From: Patescibacteria group bacterium
Lineage (GTDB): Bacteria; Patescibacteriota; Minisyncoccia; Phycocordibacterales; Phycocordibacteraceae
Assembly (NCBI GenBank): GCA_018970465.1
Contig: JAGWWI010000001.1
Span: 3,430 to 67,429 of the forward strand
Length of the DNA stretch: 64,000 nucleotides
Reading direction: 5' to 3'
This document shows, piece by piece, positions 33,034-41,559 of this stretch. Both the position numbers and the translations under genes were made by a program. The notes beneath the pieces are model-generated. The model had not been told where the DNA came from. It worked only from the letters and a program-made list of their open reading frames with translations, and did not search any database. The first letter of the stretch is position 1; the number at the start of each line of letters is the position of its first letter.

Positions 33034-34036
33034 CCCCGCTGCGAAGCTCTCGGCGAAGGTCTGCGCCGACGATATCGAAGAGAAGCCGACGCGCGACGGC
33101 TTCGGCGCGGGCGTCGTCTTCGCGGGGAAGAAGGACGAGCGCATCGTCGTCCTCACCGCCGACCTCGCGGAATCGACGCGGGCGGAGTGGTTCGAGAAGG
33201 AATTTCCCGAGCGCTTTGTAGAAATGGGCGTCGCCGAGCAGGCGATGGCCACCGTCGCGAGCGGCATGGCTGCCGTCGGGAAGATCCCGTTCATTACGAG
33301 CTACGCGGCCTTCAACCCGGGCCGCAACTACGAGCAGATCCGCACGACGATCGCCTTGAACGAGGCGAATGTGAAAGTCTGCGGCATGCACGCAGGCGTC
33401 TCGGTCGGCCCTGACGGCGCGACGCATCAGATGCTCGAGGATATCGGGATGATGCGCATGCTCCCCAACATGATCGTCCTCAATCCGGGCGACGCGATCG
33501 AAGCACAGAAGGCCGTCATCGCCGCGGCTAAGCACGCGGGGCCCGTCTATCTGCGCTTCGGCCGCGCGGCGACACCGGTCTTCACTACCGAGGCGACGCC
33601 GTTTACGCTTGGCAAAGCGCTTACGCTCTTCGATCCGGAGGCAGAGAGCAGCGCGCCCGGCACGAAGCCCCGCGTCGCGATCCTCTCGACCGGCGCCTTG
33701 TCCTACGAAGCGCTCCGGGCGGCGAAGGCGCTCGCTGCGGAGGGTATCGCCGCTTCGGTGACCCACTTCGCCACGGTGAAGCCGCTCGATATCGAAGCGC
33801 TCGAGCGCACGGCCCGCCGCGCGGGCGCAGTCGTTACCGTCGAGGAGCACCAGGCCGCGGGCGGATTCGGCTCGGCGGTCGCGGAGCTTCTTGGCGAGCG
33901 CATGCTGCTGCCGATCGCGCGCATCGGGGTGCGCGACCGCTTCGGCGAGTCGGGCGAGCCCGCGGAACTTCTCGCGGCGTTCGGGCTCGACGCCGCTGCG
34001 ATCGCGGCAGCGGCGAAGCGCCTCGTGCTAGGATAG
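33026..34036 (+). CDS. Transketolase C-terminal section (Pyr plus C-terminal domains; split transketolase subunit B).
   Basis: The sequence EFPERFVEMGVAEQAMATVASGMA...FITSYAAFNP...NVKVCGMHAGVSVGPDGATHQMLEDIGMMRMLPNM is the transketolase pyrimidine-binding pattern. It overlaps the upstream gene by 8 nt. Confidence 0.88.
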   Translation: MLSPAAKLSAKVCADDIEEKPTRDGFGAGVVFAGKKDERIVVLTADLAESTRAEWFEKEFPERFVEMGVAEQAMATVASGMAAVGKIPFITSYAAFNPGRNYEQIRTTIALNEANVKVCGMHAGVSVGPDGATHQMLEDIGMMRMLPNMIVLNPGDAIEAQKAVIAAAKHAGPVYLRFGRAATPVFTTEATPFTLGKALTLFDPEAESSAPGTKPRVAILSTGALSYEALRAAKALAAEGIAASVTHFATVKPLDIEALERTARRAGAVVTVEEHQAAGGFGSAVAELLGERMLLPIARIGVRDRFGESGEPAELLAAFGLDAAAIAAAAKRLVLG

Positions 34037-34040
34037 CCGC

Positions 34041-34214
34041 ATGCGTTTAGCGACCTTCAAGCTGAACTCCTACTTCGCCGTGCTCATCATCACGCTCGTC
34101 GGCTCGGGCGCGGCGTTCGTCATCGTGCATGTCGGCACGACCGACGTAAGCAAGGCCGCGCTCGGCAACGAGGCGCAGTTCGCGAAGCTGCAGCAGTCGA
34201 TCCTAAGCAAGTAG
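34041..34214 (+). CDS. Small hypothetical membrane protein (57 aa; below the ORF-track cutoff).
   Basis: ATG with AGGA 8 nt upstream. The GC3-rich codon usage matches the genome. The product is MRLATFKLNSYFAVLIITLVGSGAAFVIVHVGTTDVSKAALGNEAQFAKLQQSILSK. Confidence 0.4.
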   Translation: MRLATFKLNSYFAVLIITLVGSGAAFVIVHVGTTDVSKAALGNEAQFAKLQQSILSK

Positions 34215-35198
34215 TTAGAGCGGCCGCGCGGCGTAGCTCGCAGGAGCCTCGGCGAGGAGCTTCTCGAGGGCGTCGCGCGCGAGGAGGCCTTTCTGCGCGC
34301 CGATCTCCTGCACGACCGCCATCGAGTTCACCGGCCCCCAGAGGAGGGCCTCGGCGAGGGGCTTCCCGAGCGCCAAGGCCGCGACGATGGTCGAGGTGCA
34401 GGCGTCGCCCGCGCCTGTGCGCTCATACGGGGGCTTGGGGTCCGGATACATCGGGACGAACCACGCGCCCGTGCTGTCGGCGGCATAGGCGCCCTTCGGG
34501 CCGTCGGTGACGATCGCGATCTCGGGGCCTAACGCGCGAAGCTTCTCGAGGAGCGTCGCGGGTTCGCTCTCAGCGGGGAGGGCGAGGATGCGCTCGGCCT
34601 CCTCCTTGTTGCAGGCGACGAACGCAGCGGCCCGGTAGAGGGGCGCGAGCTTCTCGACCCCGAGCGCCATCTCGAAGGTGCTCGGCTGGAAAGCGAGCTT
34701 GGTCTCCGGGTGCTTCGCGCACCAGTCGGCGAGCGCGAGGTGGAACTCGAGCGAGCGCCCGGCAGAGGAGAGGTAGATCCATTTGGGCGCGGGAAGGTCC
34801 TCGGGAATCGCGTACGCGAAGTCCTCGTGCCGCACGAGGATAGTGCGCTCCGCCTCGAACCAGAGCACGTAGTCGTGGTTGGTCGCGACGCCCGCATTGA
34901 CGCGCACGAAGCGCGTGTCGACGCGTTCCCGTTCGAAGGTCGCGATGATCTCTTTGCCGTAGTCGTCGCCGCCCACGTTCGAGAGGAAGCCGGTTGCAAG
35001 GCCGAGGCGCGCGGCGGCGACTGCCGCGTTCGCTGCGTTCCCGACGCCCGCGACGCGCACCGAGAACTCGTAGGGGATCTTGTCGCCCCAGTTCATGCTG
35101 ATCGTGCAGTTCTCGTCGTTTAGGTCGCAGTTGACGCGCGCGTCCTTCAAGCGGATGAACTCATCCACCGTCGTGTCGCCTATGGCCAAGAAATCCAT
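34215..35198 (-). CDS. PfkB-family carbohydrate/nucleoside kinase (ribokinase-like).
   Basis: N-terminal Gly-rich motif VAGVGNAANAAV and C-terminal GAGDACTSTIV (the GAGD anion-hole motif). The start is an internal ATG (MDFLAIGDTTVD) of track ORF 34215..35339. Confidence 0.82.
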   Translation of the reverse strand: MDFLAIGDTTVDEFIRLKDARVNCDLNDENCTISMNWGDKIPYEFSVRVAGVGNAANAAVAAARLGLATGFLSNVGGDDYGKEIIATFERERVDTRFVRVNAGVATNHDYVLWFEAERTILVRHEDFAYAIPEDLPAPKWIYLSSAGRSLEFHLALADWCAKHPETKLAFQPSTFEMALGVEKLAPLYRAAAFVACNKEEAERILALPAESEPATLLEKLRALGPEIAIVTDGPKGAYAADSTGAWFVPMYPDPKPPYERTGAGDACTSTIVAALALGKPLAEALLWGPVNSMAVVQEIGAQKGLLARDALEKLLAEAPASYAARPL

Positions 35199-35221
35199 AC
35201 GGTCGAGTGTATCATAGGTAT

Positions 35222-36223
35222 ATGACCGACCTCTTCGCCGCCGCGCGCGCACTCGTCGAGCCCAGCAAGGGCCTCCTCGCCGCCGATGAGAGCACGCCCA
35301 CCGCAGCGAAGCGCCTCGCCGCGTACGGCATCGCCTCATCGCCCGAGCTCCGCCGGCAGTTCCGCGATCTCTTCCTCTCGATGGAGGGCGTCGAGCGCTA
35401 CCTCTCGGGCGTCATCCTCTACGAGGAGACATTCGCGCAGAAGGGGAGCGACGGGAAGCTCTTCCCCGACTCGCTCGAGGCGCGCGGGATCGCGCCGGGG
35501 ATCAAGGTCGACGAAGGGACCGAGCCCTTCCCGGGGAGCGCGGAGGAGCTCATCACCAAGGGCCTCGTCGGCCTCCCCGAGCGGCTCGCGGCTTTCAAGA
35601 AGGGCGGCGCGGTCTTCACCAAGTGGCGAGCCGTGATCCGGATCGAGGGCGACGCCCTGCCTACTGCCGCCGCCGTCCTCGAGAACGCGAAGCGCCTCGC
35701 GAGCTACGCCAAGGAGGCGCAGGTCGCGGGCCTCGTGCCCATCGTCGAGCCCGAGGTCCTCTTGGCGGGGAAGCACTCGCGCGCGCGGTCACAAGCGGTC
35801 ATCCAAGAGACGCTCGCGACGCTCTTCTCGGCGCTCGCGGCGCAAGGGGTCGACCTTGGCGGCCTCCTCCTCAAGACCGCGATGGCCCGTTCGGGCGACG
35901 CCTCGGCGCACAAAGACGCGTCCGAGGAGGTCGCGGCGGCGACTCTCGAAGCGCTCGTTGCGAGTGTTCCGCGGGAGGTGGCGGGCATCGTCTTCCTCTC
36001 GGGCGGCGAGAGCCCCGACGAAGCGACCGCTAACCTCGCGGCGATCACGCGCGAGGCGCGCCGCGTCGAGGCGCCCTGGCCCCTGACCTTCTCCTACGCG
36101 CGCGCCCTGCAGGAGGAGGCCTTGGCGCTCTGGAAGGGCAAGGCCGAGAACGTCGAGGCGGCCCGCGCCGCCTTCCGCGCCCGGCTCGAGAAGGTCCAGG
36201 CCGCGCTTGTCTCCTCCCCATAA
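35222..36223 (+). CDS. Fructose-bisphosphate aldolase, class I.
   Basis: KGLLAADESTPT, Schiff-base region GIKVDEG, and FTKWRAV...LVPIVEPEVLLAGKH: canonical class I FBA motifs. Confidence 0.9.
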   Translation: MTDLFAAARALVEPSKGLLAADESTPTAAKRLAAYGIASSPELRRQFRDLFLSMEGVERYLSGVILYEETFAQKGSDGKLFPDSLEARGIAPGIKVDEGTEPFPGSAEELITKGLVGLPERLAAFKKGGAVFTKWRAVIRIEGDALPTAAAVLENAKRLASYAKEAQVAGLVPIVEPEVLLAGKHSRARSQAVIQETLATLFSALAAQGVDLGGLLLKTAMARSGDASAHKDASEEVAAATLEALVASVPREVAGIVFLSGGESPDEATANLAAITREARRVEAPWPLTFSYARALQEEALALWKGKAENVEAARAAFRARLEKVQAALVSSP

Positions 36224-36234
36224 CCCTGCAAGAT

Positions 36235-36931
36235 GTAGGACATAGTATGTCCTACAATGGAGAGGTCATGGAACTCTGGCACGTGATATATCGGGGCGTT
36301 GACGGCCGAGATATCTTCAAGGACGACCAAGATCGCGCGCGGTTCGTACATGACCTCTACGAATTCAACGACACGGCTCCAGCCGGTGTTTATGTCGGAC
36401 ATACTATGTCCAAAGCTCGGGAGACGATTGTCGAAGTGCATGGGTGGAAACTCATGCCCAACCACGTGCATTTACTTCTTTCGGAATCTCGTGATGACGG
36501 ATTCTCGCTGTTTCTTAAGAAAATGCGCGGATATGCCCGGTACTACAACGAACGCCATAGCCGTCGCGGGATCTTATTCGACAAGATGAAGAAGGTGCAC
36601 ATCGAACGCGAAGCGCATTTCCTGTACATACTCCATTACATCCACCTGAACGGGCTCGACGATCTGCCAGGCGCAGAGCGGTGGCGGGAGCGTGACAAAG
36701 GGGCGATATCCGATGTTGGTGCGGCGCTCGCGCATCTCGGGCAGGATAAATGGAGCAGCTTCCGCGATTATTGCGGCATCGCGAATTTCCCCTCGATACT
36801 CACCACACGCTTGTTCGAAGATCGTCCGAGAGAATACGAGCGCGATCTTGAAGACTTTCTGCAAAATCGGACTGACCCTGGGCTGGCGGCTTACGATCTC
36901 GAATAAACGTAGGACATAGTATGTCCTACGT
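36235..36931 (+). mobile_element. Minimal IS200/IS605- or RAYT-like element: one HUH Y1 transposase gene bracketed by two identical hairpin palindromes GTAGGACATAGTATGTCCTAC.
   Basis: Left palindrome at 36235..36255; right palindrome at 36909..36929 (extended to ACGT...ACGT at 36907..36931). The tnpA ATG lies inside the left hairpin. The element sits in an intergenic slot between fba and a pilin pair. Confidence 0.65.
36247..36906 (+). CDS. tnpA: HUH single-tyrosine (Y1) transposase, REP-associated tyrosine transposase (TnpA_REP) / IS200-like.
   Basis: ELWHVIYRGVDGRDIFKDDQDRARFV, an HUH motif LMPNHVHLLL, and a catalytic-Tyr region RGYARYYNERHSRRGILF. Confidence 0.75.
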   Translation: MSYNGEVMELWHVIYRGVDGRDIFKDDQDRARFVHDLYEFNDTAPAGVYVGHTMSKARETIVEVHGWKLMPNHVHLLLSESRDDGFSLFLKKMRGYARYYNERHSRRGILFDKMKKVHIEREAHFLYILHYIHLNGLDDLPGAERWRERDKGAISDVGAALAHLGQDKWSSFRDYCGIANFPSILTTRLFEDRPREYERDLEDFLQNRTDPGLAAYDLE

Positions 36932-36987
36932 TCCAGGGCTGTGGATAGCGTGGGTGCGCGCGGCGCGGGAGTGTACGCTTAGCGCAT

Positions 36988-37236
36988 ATGGCGGACATGC
37001 AGTTCGAGGAGCCCTCCTACGGCGCGCCGGTCGTCGATGCGGGGCCGAAGGGCCTTGCGGGGCTCCTTATCAGGTGGGGCGTCGCGAAGGACGAGCGTCA
37101 AGCGCAAGTCGCGCTCCTCGTCATCTTGGTCGTTGCGCTCATCGGGGCGGCTAGCCTCTTCCTCTTCGGCGGGGCGGCTGGCTCGTCGCGGCCGCCGGTC
37201 CCGAATATCGACGGCACGCCGAGGACCGGCCCATGA
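36988..37236 (+). CDS. Pilin-associated small single-pass membrane protein, family member 3.
   Basis: The product MADMQFEEPSYGAPVVDAGPKGLAGLLIRWGVAKDERQAQVALLVILVVALIGAASLFLF overlaps the pilin 3 start as ATGA. Confidence 0.55.
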   Translation: MADMQFEEPSYGAPVVDAGPKGLAGLLIRWGVAKDERQAQVALLVILVVALIGAASLFLFGGAAGSSRPPVPNIDGTPRTGP

Positions 37237-37691
37237 ATTCGCCTGCTCGCGGCTTCACCTTGATCGAGCTCCTGGTCGTCATCGCGATCATCGGGCTCCT
37301 CTCCGCGATCGTGCTCGCCTCCTTGAACACCGCGCGCACGCGCGGGCAGGACGCGGCGCGCGAGTCGGACGTAAAGTCCCTCGAGACCGCGATGGAGCTC
37401 TACTACAACGACAACGGCGGCTACCCGACCTCGAACGGCAGCGGAAACGGCGACGTGCTCCTCTCTGACGCGACTTTGGTCGGGAAGCTGGTCCCCAAGT
37501 ACATCGCAAGCATGCCAGCTCTTCTCATCGCTGACGGCGACCACTATTACGGCGCGGGCGCGACCTCGGGCGTCGAGACGACCGGCTATGACATGTACAT
37601 TTACGTCGGTGCATCAAACTCCTACTGCCGCGCCGGCACGCTCCCCACTTGGACGGGTGACTGGGGCACTCCGACGGTCTGCAACTTCTAG
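37233..37691 (+). CDS. Type IV pilin-like protein, paralog 3.
   Basis: The product MNSPARG|FTLIELLVVIAIIGLLSAIVLASLNTARTRGQDAARESDVKSLETAMELYYNDNGGYP... has a C-terminal CRAG...TVCNF Cys pair. Confidence 0.85.
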   Translation: MNSPARGFTLIELLVVIAIIGLLSAIVLASLNTARTRGQDAARESDVKSLETAMELYYNDNGGYPTSNGSGNGDVLLSDATLVGKLVPKYIASMPALLIADGDHYYGAGATSGVETTGYDMYIYVGASNSYCRAGTLPTWTGDWGTPTVCNF

Positions 37692-37729
37692 TTGCCTCCC
37701 GGCCGCGGGCGGGGTATAGTGCGCCCGTT

Positions 37730-38371
37730 ATGCCGAATCTCCCGGTAGCAGCGCGCGATAGCGCCCACACGTCCCCGAAGGCGCTCCGCCGCGCGGGGAA
37801 GGTCCCGGCCGTCGTCTACGGCGCCACACAGGCGTCGACCCCGATCGCCGTCGACCTCGCCGCCTTCGCCAAAGTCCTCGCCGAGGCGGGGGAGTCGTCG
37901 ATCGTGACGCTCGAGGGCCTCGGCGCCCCGGTGCCGACCTTGATCCACGAGGTCGACCTCGACCCGGTGACGCGCACGCCCCGGCACGTCGACTTCTATG
38001 CGGTGACGCGCGGGCAGAAGGTGGAGGTCGCGATCCCGCTCGAGTTCGTCGGGGAGTCCCCGGCGGTCAAGGCCGGCGCGAACCTGGTCAAGGTCATGCA
38101 CGAGCTCACCGTCGAGGCCGACCCGATGGCGCTGCCGCACGAGCTCACCTTCGACGTTTCCGCGCTCGCGGAAGTGGGCCAGCAAGTGCGCGCGGGCGAC
38201 GTGCTCCTCCCCGCGGGCGTCACGCTCGCGGTCGACGCGGACGAGATCGTCGCCCTTATCCAGGAGGTCGCCGAAGAGCCCGAGGAGGAGGCGGCGCCCG
38301 TCGACCTCTCGACGATCGAGGTGGAGCAGAAGGGCAAGGAGGAGCCCGCGGAGGGCGAAGCGGCGGAGTAA
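37730..38371 (+). CDS. rplY: 50S ribosomal protein L25 (Ctc/general-stress form with an acidic C-terminal extension).
   Basis: RAGKVPAVVYG...HVDFYAV and an acidic tail EEPEEEAAPVD...EGEAAE, typical of long-form L25/Ctc. Confidence 0.85.
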   Translation: MPNLPVAARDSAHTSPKALRRAGKVPAVVYGATQASTPIAVDLAAFAKVLAEAGESSIVTLEGLGAPVPTLIHEVDLDPVTRTPRHVDFYAVTRGQKVEVAIPLEFVGESPAVKAGANLVKVMHELTVEADPMALPHELTFDVSALAEVGQQVRAGDVLLPAGVTLAVDADEIVALIQEVAEEPEEEAAPVDLSTIEVEQKGKEEPAEGEAAE

Positions 38372-38375
38372 GGGC

Positions 38376-39740
38376 GTGCTCGGGCGTGGTACACTCTACG
38401 CCGTGAACCGGCGTTTTTTTGTTGCAGCGTTCGCTCTGGCTGTTCTCTCTGGCGCGGGCCTCGCGGCGCTCCACGCGCCCGCCACGCGCGCCCAGGAGCT
38501 CACGGACGCCGAACGCGCGCAGCTGCAGGCTGAGTATAATCAGCTGCAGCAGGAAATCGCCGCGCAGCAGCAGATCATTGCCCAAACGCAGGGGCAGGAG
38601 CGCACGCTGAAGGGCGACGTGACCTCGCTCACCGCAGCGATCACCGCCGCGCAGAAGCAGATCGACGCCAAGAACATCCAGCTCCGGCAGCTCGCCTCGG
38701 AGATCGCGACGAAGACCGAGACGATCAGCAATCTCGAATCGCATATCGACGCGGGGAAAGAGTCGCTCGCCTCGATGCTCCGGCAGGAGGCGCAGCTCGA
38801 GGACGCCTCGCCGGTCGCGATCGCCTTCGGCGCCGAGAGCATCTCGGAGTTCTTCTCGGACGTGGACTCCTTCGCCTCGATCGAGAACGCCCTCCACGTC
38901 GTCTTCAACGACCTTGAGGCGAGCCAGGCGCAGGCCGCCAACGAGCGCGACGCCCTCGCCTCGACGCAGAACCAGGTCACGGACGCCAAGTACGCGGTGC
39001 AGGAAACCAAGGCGCAGATCGCGACCAATAAGACCGAGAAGCAGCAGCTCCTCGCCGCCGCCTCCGCGAGCGAGGCCGAGCAGCAGAAGGTCCTCGCGGC
39101 GAACCAGGCTAAGGCCGCCGCGATCCGCGCCGCGCTCTTCCCGCTCCGGGACGCGGCGGCGATCCCCTTCGGCACGGCGCTCCAGTACGCACAGGCGGCG
39201 CAGCGGGCGACCGGCGTCGACCCGGCTCTCGTCCTCGCCATCCTCACGCAGGAGTCGAATCTCGGCGCGAACGTGGGGCAGTGCTATCTCGCAAACGATC
39301 AGACCGGCGCGGGGGTAGGGAAGAATAGCGGCACCGCGTTCGCGAAGGTCATGAACCCGAATCGCGACGTGCCTATCTTCCTCGCGATGGCGAACGCGAT
39401 CGGTTTCGATCCGCACCACCAGGTCGTCTCCTGCCCGATCGCGGGCGCAGGCGGCTGGGGCGGCGCGATGGGCCCCGCGCAGTTCATCCCCTCGACCTGG
39501 AAGCTCTACATGGGCGTCTCGGCGAACCCTTGGGACCCGAGCGTCGCGATCCGCGCGATGTCGACCTACCTCGCCGACCTCGGCGCGGGCGCGGGCGGCT
39601 ACACGGCGCTCCACACCGCCGCGGCGAAGTACTACGCCGGCGGCGCCTGGGCCTCCGCCGGCCAGGCCTACGCCAACCAGGTGATGGCGAAGGTCTCCGC
39701 CATCCAGCAGAACATCACGTTCTTGGCGCAGAATTCTTAG
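38376..39740 (+). CDS. Secreted coiled-coil protein with a C-terminal lytic transglycosylase (SLT/MltB-like) domain.
   Basis: N-terminal TM, about 230 aa of Q/A/E-rich coiled coil, then LAILTQESNLG (catalytic Glu-Ser), GQCYL, and GAMGPAQFIPSTWKLY (the G..QF.PSTW motif). Confidence 0.7.
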   Translation: MLGRGTLYAVNRRFFVAAFALAVLSGAGLAALHAPATRAQELTDAERAQLQAEYNQLQQEIAAQQQIIAQTQGQERTLKGDVTSLTAAITAAQKQIDAKNIQLRQLASEIATKTETISNLESHIDAGKESLASMLRQEAQLEDASPVAIAFGAESISEFFSDVDSFASIENALHVVFNDLEASQAQAANERDALASTQNQVTDAKYAVQETKAQIATNKTEKQQLLAAASASEAEQQKVLAANQAKAAAIRAALFPLRDAAAIPFGTALQYAQAAQRATGVDPALVLAILTQESNLGANVGQCYLANDQTGAGVGKNSGTAFAKVMNPNRDVPIFLAMANAIGFDPHHQVVSCPIAGAGGWGGAMGPAQFIPSTWKLYMGVSANPWDPSVAIRAMSTYLADLGAGAGGYTALHTAAAKYYAGGAWASAGQAYANQVMAKVSAIQQNITFLAQNS

Positions 39741-39744
39741 GGCC

Positions 39745-40419
39745 ATGTTTCGGCGTAGCACTAAGCCGGCCATCGCCCCTCAGAACCGAGTTGTTCTCAT
39801 TGCGGGCGGGAGCGGCGAATTGGGGCAACTGTTGTCTGCAACAAAGCCGGATGGCGTCACGCTCGTCAACATCTCGCGTCAGCGAGACCTTGAGGGCGAA
39901 GGAGTCATCAACTACCACTTTGACCTTACGCGTGCGCCTGAGAAGTCTTTCGCACAGATTTCCTCGATTGTACCGAGAGTCGATGTCTTTGTCTACGCGG
40001 CATATTCGCGCGCATTTTCTACGTTTGAGCGCCTCGAGCGAGGAGCTTTCCTTAAGGAGTACGAGCTTGACGTTTTCGCGGCGGCTGCGTGGACACGCGC
40101 GTGCGCAGATCGCTTCTGGTTACGAACAGGGTCAAGAGATAACTCGGCGCATGCACGTAAAGCAATCTGGATCTCGAGCGTCGCTGCCTTCGCCAAGACA
40201 GCGCGGCCTGAGCTTGCGTCCTATAGCGCAGCTAAGGCTGCGCTGAATGCGCTCGGACCGTACGCGCATGACTACCTATTTGAAACTAGCGGCATACCGC
40301 TGGCCATCCTTGCGCCCGGTTCACTCTCTGATCCGCACATTCGCACCCAGACCGCGGCGCGCTTCTGGGAGCTCGTTAATGAGCCGCTCGATCGTTTCGT
40401 CCTTGAGCGACTATCTTGA
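39745..40419 (+). CDS. Short-chain dehydrogenase/reductase (SDR) family protein.
   Basis: Cofactor motif VVLIAGGSGELG and catalytic YSAAKAAL (YxxxK). Confidence 0.75.
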   Translation: MFRRSTKPAIAPQNRVVLIAGGSGELGQLLSATKPDGVTLVNISRQRDLEGEGVINYHFDLTRAPEKSFAQISSIVPRVDVFVYAAYSRAFSTFERLERGAFLKEYELDVFAAAAWTRACADRFWLRTGSRDNSAHARKAIWISSVAAFAKTARPELASYSAAKAALNALGPYAHDYLFETSGIPLAILAPGSLSDPHIRTQTAARFWELVNEPLDRFVLERLS

Positions 40420-40440
40420 CCATCCAGTATACTGACCGGG

Positions 40441-41256
40441 ATGCTCGAAGGCCTGAGGGCTTTAAAGGATACGCTTGACAAACGGCGCCTCGCGCTTGCC
40501 GAAGCTATGTCTCTTGACGACTTTCTGACCCCCCAGCCGTATACAGTCGAACGCGAGCCTTTCCCCCATGTGGTCGCCGATGATTTCTTTAAGCCAGAGC
40601 AGGCCGAACGCCTCAACCGTTTCTTCTACACTCGGCTTGCCGACGGGTGCGCAGATACGCTCGACTACTCCCGCTTCCACGCGTTCAGGAATCCGGGCGC
40701 AGGGGCGCAATCGATCGACTACGACGGCTACGTATATATGCCGCGCCCAGAGGAGGACGCGAGCGTGCGCGTTCTATTCAGCCTCGCGTGGAATTTGTTC
40801 TTTTCCGATCTCTTTGCGCAGCCGACGGGGTTCGCTACTACCGTCGCCTTCCACCATCATCCGGCCGGCGATCACACCGGCTTCGTCCACGATGATCACG
40901 CAGTCAAAGCCTTCTCTTCGCGCAACCGTCTTGCGAACGGCGTGGTGCCCTCGATCGCATCGCAGTCGGCTCCGGGGGACGCGGCGGGGTCTTTCAGCGG
41001 CATGCGCAGCATCGCTGTGTTGTATTTCTTCGGGGGTGGGTGGAAAGAGGGCGATGGGGGAGAGACGGGCCTCTATGCCGACCAGAATGCGCCGCCCGCC
41101 AAGCGAGTCGCGCCTTTGCCTAACCGCTTGCTCGCGTTCCAGATATCTCCGCGCTCGCTCCACGCATTTCAGGCGAATAAGACGCCGCGCGACTCCTTCG
41201 TGCAGTGGTTCCATACGGATCCGCGTTGGGCTCGCCGGCGCTATCGGCGCTCGTAG
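40441..41256 (+). CDS. 2OG-Fe(II) oxygenase-superfamily (cupin) protein.
   Basis: HHHPAGDHTGFVHDDH (an HxD facial-triad-like cluster) and a downstream His in SLHAFQ. About 270 aa. The family call is inferential. Confidence 0.55.
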   Translation: MLEGLRALKDTLDKRRLALAEAMSLDDFLTPQPYTVEREPFPHVVADDFFKPEQAERLNRFFYTRLADGCADTLDYSRFHAFRNPGAGAQSIDYDGYVYMPRPEEDASVRVLFSLAWNLFFSDLFAQPTGFATTVAFHHHPAGDHTGFVHDDHAVKAFSSRNRLANGVVPSIASQSAPGDAAGSFSGMRSIAVLYFFGGGWKEGDGGETGLYADQNAPPAKRVAPLPNRLLAFQISPRSLHAFQANKTPRDSFVQWFHTDPRWARRRYRRS

Positions 41257-41310
41257 AGCTGTGGATTGTGCGTTGCGCGCATACGGCCTTCGTCGGCTAT
41301 ACTGAGCATC

Positions 41311-41544
41311 ATGTCACTCCCCGTCATCCAAAAGAAGGCTACCTATGTCGCTCTTGGTCTCGCGTCCGCGCTTCTTGGCATAATCCTGGTCCCTTTCAGC
41401 ATAAACGGCTCAGCGTCGACGGCGAAGGCCGACATGACTGCCGGTCCATCACCGAGTGGCCCCACCGGATCAGAAGCTGCCGGAGGTCCGGCGCCGTGCA
41501 ATAGCGACACTGGCACTGAATGCGCTGGTACAGGCGTACAATAA
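41311..41544 (+). CDS. Small hypothetical secreted or membrane protein (77 aa).
   Basis: Internal ATG of track ORF 41266..41544 with TATACT 8 nt upstream. Signal-like N-terminus and a Cys pair near the C-terminus. Confidence 0.4.
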   Translation: MSLPVIQKKATYVALGLASALLGIILVPFSINGSASTAKADMTAGPSPSGPTGSEAAGGPAPCNSDTGTECAGTGVQ

Positions 41545-41559
41545 CTCTCGCGGATCCCC

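Noticed and set aside
36921-37154. 77-aa ORF starting MSY... inside the right-hand palindrome of the transposase element.
   Set aside because: It starts from the ATG that is part of the duplicated hairpin sequence. The product is Arg/Gly-rich and overlaps the pilin-associated small protein gene in another frame.
38256-39773. 505-aa minus-strand ORF.
   Set aside because: Antisense to the coiled-coil/SLT gene; low-complexity.
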